DNA of 32,000 bases from contig NZ_CP195536.1 of assembly GCF_051307035.1 (NCBI RefSeq), positions 1,680,001 to 1,712,000 on the forward strand, written 5' to 3'. A program made the position numbers and the translations under genes. Positions 9,673 to 16,715 of the stretch are shown one piece after another. The notes under the pieces are model-generated. The model was not told the DNA's origin, did no database searches, and saw only the letters and a list, made by a program, of their open reading frames with translations. Each line of letters begins with the position of its first letter. Within the stretch, counting starts at the first letter, position 1. The stretch is from Psychrobacter sp. DM4. Lineage in GTDB: Bacteria > Pseudomonadota > Gammaproteobacteria > Pseudomonadales > Moraxellaceae.

Positions 9673-9897
9673 GTCTGCTAGATATAAAGTAGCTTGCTAC
9701 CATACATGTATTAACAAGCTGATAAGACTTATATTTGTAGCGATAACATAGCTCCTACTGCCTCTTTATAGCTCAATACTGACCCTTGAAAAATCACTTA
9801 CCGGCCACTATATATAGTGCATAAAGTGATTCGACTAAGCTTACTGGTATAAAAAAAAGCTTATCGGGCGCTACCAAACAACAATAAGGACTCTACT

Positions 9898-10311
9898 ATG
9901 AGTAATGATTCAAACAACACTATTGATCAAGGCAACCTCACTCAAAACCAAAATCAAGCGACAAAAGCGGATAACAAAAAGGACGTTAAAGTCACTGAAT
10001 TGGTTGCCAATGACGGTATCTTAAAAGGCAAAAAAACCGATATTCAAAATCCTGAGCTATGGGACTTTCCCATGGACTACCCGATGAGCATCATCGGTCA
10101 CGAAGGCGAGCATGAGAACTTACTCAATGAAGTCAAGCTAATCCTTGGCAGTCAGTTTCCAGATTTTGATTTGGCATCCATTCAAGTCAAACCGTCCAAG
10201 ACAGGGCGCTTTCATTCAGCTCGCGTTAATTTGTATTTGACTGAAGCTCAGCAAGTCAACGCCCTCTATGCAGCACTCGATGAGGCCAAGACGGTACGTA
10301 TGGTAGTGTAG
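9898..10311 (+). CDS. DUF493 / YbeD-family protein with an N-terminal extension
   Basis: The C-terminal ~85 aa are collinear with E. coli YbeD: FPMDYPMSIIG..., VKPSKTGRFHSARV..., ending VRMVV (E. coli ends VRMVL). A good SD, AAGGA, lies upstream of the ATG. Confidence 0.75.
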   Translation: MSNDSNNTIDQGNLTQNQNQATKADNKKDVKVTELVANDGILKGKKTDIQNPELWDFPMDYPMSIIGHEGEHENLLNEVKLILGSQFPDFDLASIQVKPSKTGRFHSARVNLYLTEAQQVNALYAALDEAKTVRMVV

Positions 10312-10343
10312 AGGTCATAGCACCACCGATGGCTATTCACTCT

Positions 10344-10376
10344 AATCGCTACCTTTTATAGAGTAGCGATTTTTTA
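10344..10376 (+). terminator. Rho-independent terminator after the ybeD-like gene
   Basis: Stem AATCGCTAC/GTAGCGATT, 10-nt loop, then TTTTT. Confidence 0.7.
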
Positions 10377-10598
10377 TGATCATCTTTGTGCCAAATCCAT
10401 AATCTGAGCGCAAAATTTGAGTGTACTTATGCCTATTTTATAAATAGATAAATAATTTCATTTTTACAAAAATTTTATAAATAATCTTAAATTCTCCTAC
10501 CCCTTGCCACATCACCCTTTGCGTCAAAATCGCACCTCTTTACTGTCGTCACAACATAAATAAATCCTAAAATCAATATAGTATTTTCAAAATATTCG

Positions 10599-10643
10599 GG
10601 CTATATTGTGCCTACTTAACAACAAACACGCTATATGTAGTGC
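10599..10643. promoter_or_regulatory. Candidate NrdR boxes upstream of nrdA
   Basis: ACGCTATATGTAGTGC (10628-10643) matches about 13/16 of the published NrdR-box consensus acaCwAtATaTwGtgt. A weaker CTATAT-core site, GGCTATATTGTGCC (10599-10612), is centred 30 bp upstream. Tandem boxes about 3 helical turns apart are the typical arrangement. Confidence 0.4.
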
Positions 10644-10803
10644 TCGGTGAATTTTCTTGTCACTAGGGCTACGGTATCGTTTGGCTCAAAAAAAGTGCAC
10701 GGTATGCGTAATGTTTGGAACGATGAATGTTCAAGACTACATGTCGTACTATAAAAACAATCGCTAAGATTTTGGCAGATAACAACATTAAATGAGGGAC
10801 AAC

Positions 10804-13080
10804 ATGACACATATCGATACGATAAAAGTAACCAAACGCGACGGACGCTTAGAACCTATTGATTTAGATAAAATTCATAAGGTGATTGAGTGGGCAGCCG
10901 CAGATTTGGATAATGTGTCAGTGTCACAAGTTGAGCTCAAATCACACATTCAGTTCTATGAAGGCATCAAAACGCGCGACATTCACGAGACGATCATCAA
11001 ATCTGCCGCTGATCTGATCTCAGAGGAGACGCCTGATTATCAATACCTTGCTGCTCGCCTTGCCGTCTTTCATCTACGCAAAATCGCCTACAATCAATTT
11101 GAGCCGCCACACCTCTTTGATCATGTGACCACGCTTACCAATGCAGGCAAGTACGATGAGCATATCCTAGCCGATTATAGCCGCAGCGAATTCGATGAGT
11201 TAGAAGACTACATGGATCACTGGCGCGATATGAACCTCGCCTACGCTGCTGTTGAGCAAATGGCGGGCAAATACCTCGTGCAAGATCGCGTCTCCAAAAC
11301 CGTTTTTGAGAGTCCGCAGTTTCTGTATATGCTGGTCGGTATGTGTCTATTTGCCAATTATGACAAAGCTGAGCGATTAAGCTACGTCAAACGCTTTTAT
11401 GATGCCACCTCACAGTTCAAAATCTCACTACCGACACCAATCATGTCCGGTGTGCGTACGCCATCGCGTCAGTTTAGCTCCTGCGTACTGATCGAATGTG
11501 GTGATAGCCTAGACTCTATTAATGCCACCACCAGCGCTATCGTGCGTTATGTGTCACAGCGCGCAGGTATCGGCATCAACGCCGGTCGTATCCGTGCCCT
11601 TGGTAGCCCAATCCGTGGCGGTGAAGCGCAACATACGGGCTGTATCCCCTTCTATAAGCTATTCCAAACAGCAGTGAAATGCTGTTCACAAGGTGGCGTG
11701 CGTGGTGGGGCTGCGACCCTCTTTTATCCATTATGGCATTTAGAAGTGGAATCGTTACTCGTCCTCAAAAATAATCGCGGCGTTGAAGATAACCGCGTAC
11801 GTCATATGGATTACGGCGTACAGATTAATAAAACTTTATATACGCGCTTAATCAAAGGCGAAGACATCACGATATTCTCCCCAGGCGATACGCCAGGCTT
11901 GTATGATGCATTCTTTGAAGATCAAGACAAATTCGAAGCGTTGTATACCAAATACGAGCAAGACGAGTCTATTCGTCAGCGCAAAATTCCTGCGTCAGAA
12001 CTATTTAGCTTGATGATGCAAGAGCGCGCCAGCACGGGTCGTATCTATATTCAAAACGTCGATCATTGCAACACCCATAGCCCGTTTGATGCGACGGTTG
12101 CGCCAATTCGCCAGTCCAATCTATGTATGGAAATCGCTTTACCGACCAAACCGCTTGATAACATCAATGACGAAGCAGGCGAAATCGCCCTGTGTACGCT
12201 ATCTGCGGTCAATCTAGGTAAAGTCGATAACGTCAGCGACATCGAAGAGCCTGCCGAGTTGATCGTTCGTGCGCTTGATGCCCTACTCGACTATCAAGAC
12301 TATCCAGTTAAAGCGGCTCATAATGGCAGTATGCGTCGCCGTACGCTCGGTGTTGGCGTCATTAACTATGCCTATTACTTAGCCAAGAATGGCGTGCGCT
12401 ATTCCGACGACTCGGCATTGGGTCTCACCCATCAAACCTTTGAAGCATTACAGTACTATCTGTTAAAAGCGTCAAACAAACTAGCGAAAGAACAAGGCGC
12501 GTGCCCTGCCTTTAATGAGACGACGTACTCGCAAGGTATCTTGCCGATTGATACTTATAAAAAGGACTTGGATAAGATCTGCCAAGAGCCACTACATCTC
12601 GATTGGGAAACGCTACGGACTGAGATTACCGAACACGGTCTGCGTAACTCTACCCTAACCGCGCTGATGCCGTCTGAAACCTCCAGTCAGATCGCCAACG
12701 CGACCAACGGTATCGAGCCACCACGCGGCCTGGTCTCTATCAAAGCGTCGAAGGATGGCATCCTCAAGCAAGTCGTGCCTGAGATCGAAAAGCTACGCGG
12801 TCAATACGAGCTACTGTGGCAAATGCCGAATAATGACGGCTATCTCAAACTCGTCGCTATCATGCAGAAGTTCGTTGACCAAAGTATCTCAGCCAATACC
12901 AACTACGATCCGGTTCGTTATGAAGGCGGTCGTGTGCCGATGAAGATATTGCTCAAGGATTTACTCAACGCCTATAAGCTTGGGGTGAAGACGTTGTATT
13001 ATCACAATACCCGTGATGGTGCGAATGATGCGCAAGCGGATATGGAAGATGATTGTGCTGGCGGTGCTTGTAAGATTTAG
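10804..13080 (+). CDS. nrdA: Class Ia ribonucleoside-diphosphate reductase alpha subunit NrdA
   Basis: ATP-cone VTKRDGRLEPIDLDKIHKV, active-site SNLCMEI, and a C-terminal redox tail CAGGACKI (E. coli has CESGACKI). The start is placed at ATG 10804 because GAGGGA lies 5 nt upstream. The in-frame ATG at 10792 is an alternative. Confidence 0.95.
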   Translation: MTHIDTIKVTKRDGRLEPIDLDKIHKVIEWAAADLDNVSVSQVELKSHIQFYEGIKTRDIHETIIKSAADLISEETPDYQYLAARLAVFHLRKIAYNQFEPPHLFDHVTTLTNAGKYDEHILADYSRSEFDELEDYMDHWRDMNLAYAAVEQMAGKYLVQDRVSKTVFESPQFLYMLVGMCLFANYDKAERLSYVKRFYDATSQFKISLPTPIMSGVRTPSRQFSSCVLIECGDSLDSINATTSAIVRYVSQRAGIGINAGRIRALGSPIRGGEAQHTGCIPFYKLFQTAVKCCSQGGVRGGAATLFYPLWHLEVESLLVLKNNRGVEDNRVRHMDYGVQINKTLYTRLIKGEDITIFSPGDTPGLYDAFFEDQDKFEALYTKYEQDESIRQRKIPASELFSLMMQERASTGRIYIQNVDHCNTHSPFDATVAPIRQSNLCMEIALPTKPLDNINDEAGEIALCTLSAVNLGKVDNVSDIEEPAELIVRALDALLDYQDYPVKAAHNGSMRRRTLGVGVINYAYYLAKNGVRYSDDSALGLTHQTFEALQYYLLKASNKLAKEQGACPAFNETTYSQGILPIDTYKKDLDKICQEPLHLDWETLRTEITEHGLRNSTLTALMPSETSSQIANATNGIEPPRGLVSIKASKDGILKQVVPEIEKLRGQYELLWQMPNNDGYLKLVAIMQKFVDQSISANTNYDPVRYEGGRVPMKILLKDLLNAYKLGVKTLYYHNTRDGANDAQADMEDDCAGGACKI

Positions 13081-13101
13081 GTTTTTTAGCAACTAGTGAG
13101 G

Positions 13102-13128
13102 ACACACTTCAACATTGAAGAAGTGTGT
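13102..13128 (+). terminator. Hairpin just after the nrdA stop, a possible weak terminator or attenuator
   Basis: ACACACTTC ... GAAGTGTGT inverted repeat (9 bp) around AACATTGAA. It is followed by an AT-rich run rather than a clean U-tract, so its terminator function is uncertain. Confidence 0.35.
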
Positions 13129-13246
13129 TAAATATATATAAATCACCACTATCAATAAATGTCTTCTCAAAGCATAAGACTAATTTATGAGCCAACTGTA
13201 AAGAAACAATCAATCTAACGACTTAGTTTTCAAAAGGAATTCTTCT

Positions 13247-14242
13247 ATGGTTGCTAGCTTTAACAATTTAAATGAAAACAGTCCGAAAAAACAAGGTATT
13301 GAAGTAGTAAATACAACAAGCATAATTACTCCCAAAATATATCAGGACATTTATCATCAAATTACTGGTAGAACTGAAAAGATATCAAAAACCTACGATG
13401 ACAACCTTCTAGTTAGCTTCGAAGAAGTCAAACAACTGCACATAAAAATACTACAAATAAAAGATATTCATGAAATTTTAGCACAAAATGAAACTATCAC
13501 TATATTCTATGCTGGTGATAGAAAGGAAATCTTTACTTCCTTCGCAAGATTTGAAAAATATAATTCCAGCAATACAAAACCAACAGTAAGCTTGATACTT
13601 AAGTATAACTTTTCACTTTTACTAGCTGGTACTTCAGCACCTCAAGAGTATGTAATAACAATAAAATTATCATCTAGGCTTTCTATTATTGAATCTTTAG
13701 AAGAGAAAAAACCTAGATTTATACCTCAGGGTTTGATAAATGCATTTACTTCTGATACTGCTGAAATTAATGTTGAATATGTAGATTACTTAGTTGCAAG
13801 TACCTATCTTCATTCTTTCGACGAATGGATTACTGGTTGCCCTACAAATCCTAGTAATAAGATACTAATACGGGCGCAATCTCTTTCTCATTACATCCCA
13901 AGAATAATTCAGCTAGCTATTATAATTGTTTGTGTATTTTATTATGATATTTATATAGGTACGTTACCAGACTACTTTAATAGAGATTGGGGACAATTCT
14001 TTTTATACTCTTTGGTAGCTTTTTTCATACTAATAAAACTAGCATTTATGATTGGCAGAAAAATTGAAAGATACTTAGATAGCTTTCAACAGGATTCTTA
14101 TTTAGATCTAAATAAAGGGGACTCCAAACTAATAGCCAACTCTTCCTATAAAAGAAGGAAAACTTATCTAAAGATTTTCTTTCAGTTATGTTTAACTGTT
14201 ATTTTAGGTATTATTAGTTCGAAAGTTTCTATACTATTTTGA
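13247..14242 (+). CDS. Orphan hypothetical protein with a ~210-aa soluble N-terminal domain and three predicted C-terminal TM helices
   Basis: A 331-aa uninterrupted ORF in a strikingly AT-rich segment. SD AAAGGA lies about 8 nt upstream of the ATG. Hydrophobic segments are IIQLAIIIVCVFYYDIYIG, FFLYSLVAFFILIKLAFMIG and IFFQLCLTVILGIISSKVSILF. I recognise no family motif. Confidence 0.7.
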   Translation: MVASFNNLNENSPKKQGIEVVNTTSIITPKIYQDIYHQITGRTEKISKTYDDNLLVSFEEVKQLHIKILQIKDIHEILAQNETITIFYAGDRKEIFTSFARFEKYNSSNTKPTVSLILKYNFSLLLAGTSAPQEYVITIKLSSRLSIIESLEEKKPRFIPQGLINAFTSDTAEINVEYVDYLVASTYLHSFDEWITGCPTNPSNKILIRAQSLSHYIPRIIQLAIIIVCVFYYDIYIGTLPDYFNRDWGQFFLYSLVAFFILIKLAFMIGRKIERYLDSFQQDSYLDLNKGDSKLIANSSYKRRKTYLKIFFQLCLTVILGIISSKVSILF

Positions 14243-14258
14243 TGATATGCTTAGAGCT

Positions 14259-14371
14259 GTAGGGTGGGTTAGCCAAAGCGTAACCCACCATGGATATTTA
14301 AAAATGATACAAACGGTGGGTTAGTTTTATCAAATTCTCTACGAGAATTTGATAAAACTAACCCACCCTAC
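14259..14371. repeat. REPIN-like inverted doublet of GTAG-headed REP elements
   Basis: The left copy (+) is GTAGGGTGGGTTAG-CCAAAGCG-TAACCCACC at 14259-14289. The right copy (-) has the same head and tail, GTAGGGTGGGTTAG...CTAACCCACC. It is expanded to a perfect 25-bp stem (14315-14339 pairing with 14343-14367) with a 3-nt loop. The heads face outward. Confidence 0.85.
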
Positions 14372-14404
14372 GCCCAAATAGCAATAGCAATAGTGATAAG
14401 GGTT

Positions 14405-14470
14405 GTGGGGTGCGGCCAGCGCACCGAAGATATCAAAGTTAAGTACGATGGTGCGCGAGGCACACCCTAC
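14405..14470. repeat. Second, divergent REP-like inverted doublet
   Basis: The (+) copy is GTGGGGTGCG-GCCAG-CGCACC at 14405-14425. The (-) copy is GTAGGGTGTGCC-TCGC-GCACC, read from 14470 downward. It shares the GT(A/G)GGGTG head and the outward orientation of the first doublet but has a different stem sequence. Confidence 0.6.
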
Positions 14471-14547
14471 AAATTACGCTTATATAATAAAGTGTTCAAG
14501 AAGTGCGAATGGTGCTCAAACTAGGCTTTTTAGCTCCGACTGTAGCG

Positions 14548-14655
14548 GTATCCTGCCAACGCTGATGGCGATGCAGGCTGTGGCTGGTCGTAGTATCGAG
14601 GCAACAGGAATGCGACCAGACACAATAGACTGCACGCCAGCGGCTAGGCAGATAC
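14548..14655 (+). other. Long imperfect hairpin (~108 nt), either a candidate structured RNA or an extended REP-type palindrome
   Basis: Nested complementary blocks:
- 14548-14557 with 14647-14655
- 14560-14564 with 14638-14642
- 14568-14570 with 14635-14637
- 14572-14576 with 14630-14634
- 14579-14582 with 14621-14624
- 14584-14590 with 14613-14619
The apical loop is 22 nt. GTAG sits just 5' of it (14542-14545). Confidence 0.35.
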
Positions 14656-14763
14656 AAGCGGTAGGCGGGATGAGCTACCCAATAACCATACGATGATACA
14701 CAGAGACTCAAGCTTTAACGCTATAATAAAAATATAGAACCACAGACAGCGGAGGCTGTAGAC

Positions 14764-15093
14764 ATGGCATATACCGCAATCATCAAAGACGGTGGGCTCT
14801 TTATCCCTAATGTATTTTCAGACCTAGACGATGGCAGCTCGCATATCGTACAAGTGGAGCTAGATCTGGACGAGGTACGCGAACAACTTGAGATAACTGA
14901 CGCACCCAAAGAGACAAAAACGGTAAAAAGAGCGCCAAAGAAACCACCAAAAAAAGCCACATCGAAACAAACGCAAGATACTGAAACCAGTATGCTTGGT
15001 AAAGGCGATATCGGTGAGCTACAAGGACTCAATGATATGGAGCTAAGTGAGATTATAAAAGCCTACATGAATGACGAATCAGAATCATCATAG
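14764..15093 (+). CDS. Small hypothetical protein (109 aa) with an N-terminus resembling AF2212/DUF104 antitoxin-like proteins
   Basis: A strong SD, GGAGG (14751-14755), lies 8 nt before the ATG. The N-terminus [34 protein letters not shown] fits the DUF104 pattern (xAxYxNGvfxP...l.egxxvxvxi). It is followed by a K/P-rich stretch ([14 protein letters not shown]) and an acidic tail. Confidence 0.6.
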   Translation: MAYTAIIKDGGLFIPNVFSDLDDGSSHIVQVELDLDEVREQLEITDAPKETKTVKRAPKKPPKKATSKQTQDTETSMLGKGDIGELQGLNDMELSEIIKAYMNDESESS

Positions 15094-15163
15094 GTCGCTC
15101 TATAGCATTTATGACGTATCGCACCTAAACATTAATAACCGCATAACCACTAAAGGCAGTCCC

Positions 15164-16297
15164 ATGACGTATTCAATCTTTAATCAAACGCCAAATAATG
15201 CGCTCACCGAGCCAATGTTCTTTGGTCAGCCGGTCAATATTGCCCGTTATGACCAGCAAAAGCATCCGATTTTTGAGCAATTGATTGAAAAGCAGCTGTC
15301 GTTTTTTTGGCGTCCTGAAGAGGTTGATGTCTCAAAAGATCGTATCGATTATGGCAATCTGTCCTCGCATGAGCAGCATATTTTCATTAGTAACCTTAAG
15401 TATCAGACCCTACTCGACTCGATCCAAGGTCGTAGCCCTAATATTGTACTGCTGCCACTGGTATCTATCCCTGAGCTTGAGACGTGGATTGAGACGTGGT
15501 CATTTAGCGAGACTATTCACTCGCGCAGCTATACCCATATCATTCGTAATATCGTCAATGATCCGGGTATTGTGTTCGATGATATTATGCAAAACGAGCA
15601 TATCTTGGAGCGCGCCTCGGACATCGCAGGCTACTATGATGAGCTGTATCGCAACTCGCAGCTCTATAGTCTATACGGGGCGGGTACGCATAATGTCAAT
15701 GGCGAAGAGATTACCGTTGATTTGCGCTCACTCAAAAAGCAGCTGTATATCTGTATCATGGCGGTCAATGTCTTGGAGGCGATTCGCTTTTATGTGTCGT
15801 TCGCCTGCTCGTTCGCCTTTGCTGAGCGTAAGCTGATGGAAGGTAACGCCAAGATTATCAAACTCATTGCTCGTGATGAGGCGCTACATCTAACGGGTAC
15901 GCAGCACATGCTCAACCTCATGCGTCATGGCAAAGATGATCCTGAGATGGTCGAGATCGCCGCTGAGTGTCATGAGCAAGGCATCGAGATTTTCCGCAAA
16001 GCGGCTGAACAAGAAAAGGAGTGGGCGGGATATCTATTCAAAGATGGTTCGATGATCGGTCTGAATAAAGACATTCTGTGTCAGTATATCGAATATATCA
16101 CTAACTTACGTATGGAAGCGGTTGGCTTGCCATCAGCGTTCCCGAACTCGAAGTCTAATCCGATTCCTTGGATCAATACGTGGCTGTCCTCCGATAACGT
16201 ACAAGTTGCACCGCAAGAGACGGAGATCAGCTCATACCTCGTTGGTCAGATTGATTCGGACTTGTCAGAGAGTGATTTTGACGACTTTGAACTTTAA
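15164..16297 (+). CDS. nrdB: Class Ia ribonucleoside-diphosphate reductase beta subunit NrdB
   Basis: The start is set at ATG 15164. [56 protein letters not shown] is collinear with the E. coli NrdB N-terminus ([33 protein letters not shown]...). Di-iron ligand motifs are [13 protein letters not shown] and DEALHLTG. Confidence 0.95.
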   Translation: MTYSIFNQTPNNALTEPMFFGQPVNIARYDQQKHPIFEQLIEKQLSFFWRPEEVDVSKDRIDYGNLSSHEQHIFISNLKYQTLLDSIQGRSPNIVLLPLVSIPELETWIETWSFSETIHSRSYTHIIRNIVNDPGIVFDDIMQNEHILERASDIAGYYDELYRNSQLYSLYGAGTHNVNGEEITVDLRSLKKQLYICIMAVNVLEAIRFYVSFACSFAFAERKLMEGNAKIIKLIARDEALHLTGTQHMLNLMRHGKDDPEMVEIAAECHEQGIEIFRKAAEQEKEWAGYLFKDGSMIGLNKDILCQYIEYITNLRMEAVGLPSAFPNSKSNPIPWINTWLSSDNVQVAPQETEISSYLVGQIDSDLSESDFDDFEL

Positions 16298-16364
16298 TAC
16301 TGAGCTCTAATACTGGGACTTAGTATCAGAGATTGAATGAGCACTGAGCAGTACGGAATTTATT

Positions 16365-16631
16365 ATGACATGGGTAAAGACGAGTAAAAAACAGTTCTAC
16401 TTGCATGCTGACGAGAGTCTGCTCGATGGGCTATTACGTACTGGTCACGAGGTTAACTTTCAGTGTAAGGAGGGCTATTGTGGTAGTTGCCGAGTTCGAA
16501 AAGTCTCAAGCTCGCATGAGGTCAGCTACCCCTTTGCACCCCTTGCAATGGTTGAAGATAATGAGATTTTGCCTTGCTGTTGTACGGTACAAGGCGTCAT
16601 CCATATTAGTCATGAGTTCATTGACAGGTAA
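16365..16631 (+). CDS. yfaE: YfaE-type 2Fe-2S ferredoxin (NrdB diferric-tyrosyl radical maintenance)
   Basis: Cysteine pattern CKEGYCGSCRVR ... ILPCCC, as in E. coli YfaE, and it lies immediately downstream of nrdB. Confidence 0.85.
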   Translation: MTWVKTSKKQFYLHADESLLDGLLRTGHEVNFQCKEGYCGSCRVRKVSSSHEVSYPFAPLAMVEDNEILPCCCTVQGVIHISHEFIDR

Positions 16632-16658
16632 ACACTAAATATCCTTGTTAAAATCGTT

Positions 16659-16696
16659 AAAAAACGCGCTGTCCTAATCAGGACAGCGCGTTTTTT
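16659..16696. terminator. Bidirectional rho-independent terminator between yfaE and the protease gene
   Basis: AAAAA, then an 11-bp perfect stem ACGCGCTGTCC/GGACAGCGCGT (loop TAATCA), then TTTTT. Confidence 0.9.
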
Positions 16697-16715
16697 GTGG
16701 TTTACCAATTAAGAC

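Noticed and set aside
13247-14242. Idea that the inserted ORF is a free-standing homing endonuclease, by analogy with T4 mobE between nrdA and nrdB
   Set aside because: I see no GIY-YIG, HNH, LAGLIDADG or His-Cys box motifs in the translation. The C-terminal third is three TM helices, which does not fit a nuclease.
13144-14396. Possible terminal inverted repeats flanking the AT-rich insertion (ACCACTATCA near 13144 against TAGTGATAA near 14388), plus the small ATAGCA-ATAGCA-ATAGTG repeat at 14377-14394
   Set aside because: Only about 9 of 14 positions match in AT-rich sequence, and I could find no flanking target-site duplication. This is not convincing as a transposon boundary.
14259-14470. 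CRISPR-like interpretation of the repeated palindromes
   Set aside because: The units are inverted rather than direct, irregularly spaced and of different lengths. There are only four of them, and no cas genes are nearby. A REP/REPIN interpretation fits better.
14505-14560. Possible cobalamin riboswitch upstream of nrdB (GGTGC, GCTCCGACTGTAGCGG resembling CCCGC-ACTGTAA, and CCTGCC resembling the B12-box end)
   Set aside because: The fragments are short, in the wrong order and too close together relative to the cobalamin riboswitch architecture, where the B12 box lies far 3' of the ACTGTAA region. The GGGAAGGC and GCCACTG elements are missing. I judge this a chance resemblance. An Infernal scan with RF00174 would settle it.
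14655-14685. tRNA-like D-arm string on the minus strand (GGGTAGCTCATCCCG)
   Set aside because: No acceptor stem, anticodon arm or GTTCRAATC T-loop can be assembled around it on either strand.
14403-14711. Track ORFs 14403..14696 (+, 97 aa) and 14496..14711 (-, 71 aa) in the nrdA-nrdB spacer
   Set aside because: They overlap each other across the REP doublet and the long hairpin. They lack SD sequences, and one starts at a non-ATG codon inside a REP element. Their translations are Cys/Trp/Arg-rich and do not look protein-like. The palindromic DNA explains the open frames on both strands.
15071-15163. Long N-terminal versions of several genes suggested by the track: nrdB from 15071, bamD from TTG 3599, nrdA from 10792, secD from GTG 27682, CNNM from TTG 26726, and the small secreted protein from 25053
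   Set aside because: Alignment with the conserved N-termini of the families and/or better-placed SD sequences favour the downstream ATGs used in the feature list. The nrdB extension would also overlap the small upstream ORF.
15285-15836. 183-aa plus-strand ORF in an alternate frame within nrdB, with similar nested or antisense ORFs (219..518, 1334..1555, 2376..2678, 3983..4342, 22738..23157, 27978..28361, 29127..29501, 29562..29786, 14721..15032)
   Set aside because: All lie entirely within confidently identified genes in other frames or on the opposite strand. They have Arg/Ser/Cys-rich, non-protein-like compositions and lack their own translation signals.
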